From an uncultured Saprospiraceae bacterium (GTDB taxonomy: Bacteria; Bacteroidota; Bacteroidia; Chitinophagales; Saprospiraceae): a stretch of 64,000 nucleotides of DNA. Where the stretch lies: the NCBI GenBank assembly GCA_964533625.1, contig CAZHNF010000010.1:11875-75874 (forward strand), given 5' to 3'. The notes under the pieces are model-generated. The model was not told where the DNA came from and did not search any database. It saw nothing but the letters and a program-made list of their open reading frames with translations. The translations under genes were made by a program, and so were the position numbers. Shown here in pieces: positions 62,011-64,000 of this stretch. Numbering within the stretch: position 1 is the first letter of the stretch; the number at the start of each line of letters is the position of its first letter.

Positions 62011-63060
62011 TTAATCTAAATACCAATCATAGATTAACTGTACCTTATTGGGTTGTTGTAAATTCCAGGCAGTTGTTACTACAACTATATTATCTTTCTG
62101 ATTCACTATGATATTCTGACCTCCGGCACCACGTGCTAAGAAAATATCTGAACTTTTACCGTTTTGTGTTACTGGATTGGACCACCAGAAATAGCCGTAA
62201 TCGTATTTTTTATATGCACCATTCAAACCAACATCTCTAACCTTAGCCGAAGTCGCTTCTATAACATAATCTTCGGGTAATATCTGTTGATTTTTCCATC
62301 TGCCTTTTTGAAGATATAACTGGCCGAGCTTTGCCATGTCTCTGGGAGAAAGTGAAATCAAAGCCATACCATTATTCCGTGGACCATTATTGCCCTGCCA
62401 AAACCAATACTGATCAATCTCTAAAGGTTTAAAAAGGTATTTAATGGCAAACGAATCAATAGGAATACCAGAAGATATTTGAATAATGCCAGCAATTAGT
62501 GTAGGGGCTGCATTGCTGTATATAAACTTAGTACCTTGAATGGTATCCATTGGAGTTTCAAGAATTTTGTTATACCAGTTTCCTTCTTCGTTGATTACTT
62601 TACGCCACGAATTATTTGGATCCGTCCAGGCTCCTTCATTCCAATGTAGCCCATGCCGTTGCGATAATAAATCAGCAATTCTAATTTGACTTTTCATTAC
62701 ATCCATTTCAACGATGGAGCTAAAATAAGTCGAAATTGGAACTGAAGTGTTTTCTATAAATTTCTGCTGAATGGCGCATCCTAATAATGTTGAAATGACA
62801 CTTTTTGTGGCCGATTGTAATTGATGTATTGAATCTCTTTTCCAACCATTATAGTAATTTTCAAATACAACTTTACCATCTTTAATTATAATCAAGCTAT
62901 GCACTTCGCCAAATTCACCTGACTTAATAGCGCTGTCTGCCTTTAAGGCTTTAATAAATAAAGGATCAGAACTTAATGTTTTATCAAAATCAATTTGAGC
63001 AGAAATTGTATTTATTAATAAGAAGCAAGGCAAGGTAAAAAAGTTTTTCATTAATATCAA
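62011..63060 (-). CDS. Exported serine hydrolase of the beta-lactamase/class C-like family
   Basis: 349 aa. Signal peptide (..INTISAQ). SATKSV (SxxK nucleophile motif). YSN (YxN). An alternative start is ATG 63051. Confidence 0.8.
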   Translation of the reverse strand: MILMKNFFTLPCFLLINTISAQIDFDKTLSSDPLFIKALKADSAIKSGEFGEVHSLIIIKDGKVVFENYYNGWKRDSIHQLQSATKSVISTLLGCAIQQKFIENTSVPISTYFSSIVEMDVMKSQIRIADLLSQRHGLHWNEGAWTDPNNSWRKVINEEGNWYNKILETPMDTIQGTKFIYSNAAPTLIAGIIQISSGIPIDSFAIKYLFKPLEIDQYWFWQGNNGPRNNGMALISLSPRDMAKLGQLYLQKGRWKNQQILPEDYVIEATSAKVRDVGLNGAYKKYDYGYFWWSNPVTQNGKSSDIFLARGAGGQNIIVNQKDNIVVVTTAWNLQQPNKVQLIYDWYLD

Positions 63061-63217
63061 AATATAATTTTTTTGTACAACTAATTTAAATTTAAAATAT
63101 TGATTCTTGATTAAGTAAAACCTTTTAATTCAACTGCAGAATTTCGATGGTTCAACGATAATTAAGGTAACGTTTAAAATATATTTTTGTACAGCAATTT
63201 ATGCAAAACTTATTTTA

Positions 63218-64000
63218 TTACAACAAAAACTTCTCATTTAATCGTGCTATTTTGAATCCATGATCTAAAATAAATTTGGACTCTGGACTGTTCAAATTAA
63301 GTACGGGATTGGTATGATTGAAATGAATAAAAATTATTTTGTTTTTATCTGAAGTGCTAAGATTTTTAAAAAGTTCTAAACTTTCAACTATGAAGGGATG
63401 AGGGATTTCTGAAATATCGCGATAATTGATCTCCTGTGCATCGTAAAAAGTACCATCCAGAAAGGCGTAATCGACATTTTTAATTTCTTCTACAATGTTT
63501 TTATTCCATTTATGCCATTTATCAATGTCCGGAATAAACAGAGCTGTTTTGTTTGGACCTTTAATTTTATATCCAACGGTTTCAGAATATTCATCTCGAT
63601 GCGGAACTAAAAATGGCGTAATCCGTAAATTTGAACTTAGCTCAATTACCTGTTCATTTCTAATGGGTGTTAAAGTAATATTATTGCGCTTGATGAGTTG
63701 ACTCCAGGGACCATTGGACTTAAGGTATTTGGTCATTCTAGGCATAGTATAAACACTTATTCTATTGGCATCACAAGCTTCCTTTCCCAGATACATCAGG
63801 CCCGTATAATGCCCTATGTGCGCATGTGACACGAATATTCCATCCACCATTTCATTTTTATTCCTGATATCTTCACTTACCAAGGATTTCATTTGCGTAG
63901 CTATGTCCGGACTTGCCTCAAACAAAAACTTTTTAGTATTTTGATTATCGATTAAGCCTAATGAAGTTACTTTCCTGCTTTCATCCGGGTGGATAAATAA
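63218..64000 (-). CDS. MBL-fold metallo-hydrolase (PqqB-like), 5'-partial
   Basis: VSHAHIGHYTGL (HxHxDH-type motif variant) and ..FLDGTFYD... The frame stays open upstream of the track's TTG 63925 (..LFIHPDESRKVTSLGLIDNQNTKKFLFEASPD) to the window edge, so the gene starts outside the window. Confidence 0.75.
   Translation of the reverse strand, partial: LFIHPDESRKVTSLGLIDNQNTKKFLFEASPDIATQMKSLVSEDIRNKNEMVDGIFVSHAHIGHYTGLMYLGKEACDANRISVYTMPRMTKYLKSNGPWSQLIKRNNITLTPIRNEQVIELSSNLRITPFLVPHRDEYSETVGYKIKGPNKTALFIPDIDKWHKWNKNIVEEIKNVDYAFLDGTFYDAQEINYRDISEIPHPFIVESLELFKNLSTSDKNKIIFIHFNHTNPVLNLNSPESKFILDHGFKIARLNEKFLL

Noticed and set aside
1-64000. Scan by eye for tRNA/rRNA genes, CRISPR arrays, transposases, integrases, prophage or conjugative genes.
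   Set aside because: I recognised none. The surface-protein island at 1-19917 shows no flanking mobility genes within the window. A formal tRNAscan/ISfinder/Rfam run would be needed to exclude small elements.

Overview
This is an AT-rich chromosomal segment of Bacteroidota type. The assignment rests on T9SS type A and type B C-terminal sorting domains, SusC-like TonB-dependent receptors and recurrent TAnnTTTG -7 boxes. The left third (1-19917, all minus strand) is an accessory cell-surface island. It holds two tandem giant repeat adhesin-like genes, a small Coq4-like gene, and three tandem reprolysin-like metzincin paralogs carrying 3, 5 and 7 PKD modules. One of the giant genes is absent from the ORF track because it runs off the left edge. 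The remainder is mostly housekeeping: era, der, rfbC, rfbD, ribE, a purM-family gene, pyrF, mrp, ribF, an RluA-family synthase, miaE, an AsmA-family gene, an ABC ATPase and a LuxR/histidine-kinase pair. Interspersed with these are four notable items. (1) A TPP riboswitch, with a promoter buried in the upstream ORF, in front of a TonB-dependent receptor. (2) A neighbourhood of TBDR-like protein, triple-repeat OB-like lipoprotein, secreted EEP nuclease and Pif1 helicase, which is my best candidate for an undescribed system (extracellular nucleic-acid capture). (3) An in-frame RibF-GT2 fusion ORF. (4) A 445-nt convergent spacer with nested helices and a strong terminator. I recognised no rRNA, tRNA, CRISPR array, transposase or integrase by eye. 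All family assignments come from motif recognition by eye on the supplied translations or my own hand translation. Nothing was searched or computed, so no system here is demonstrated.
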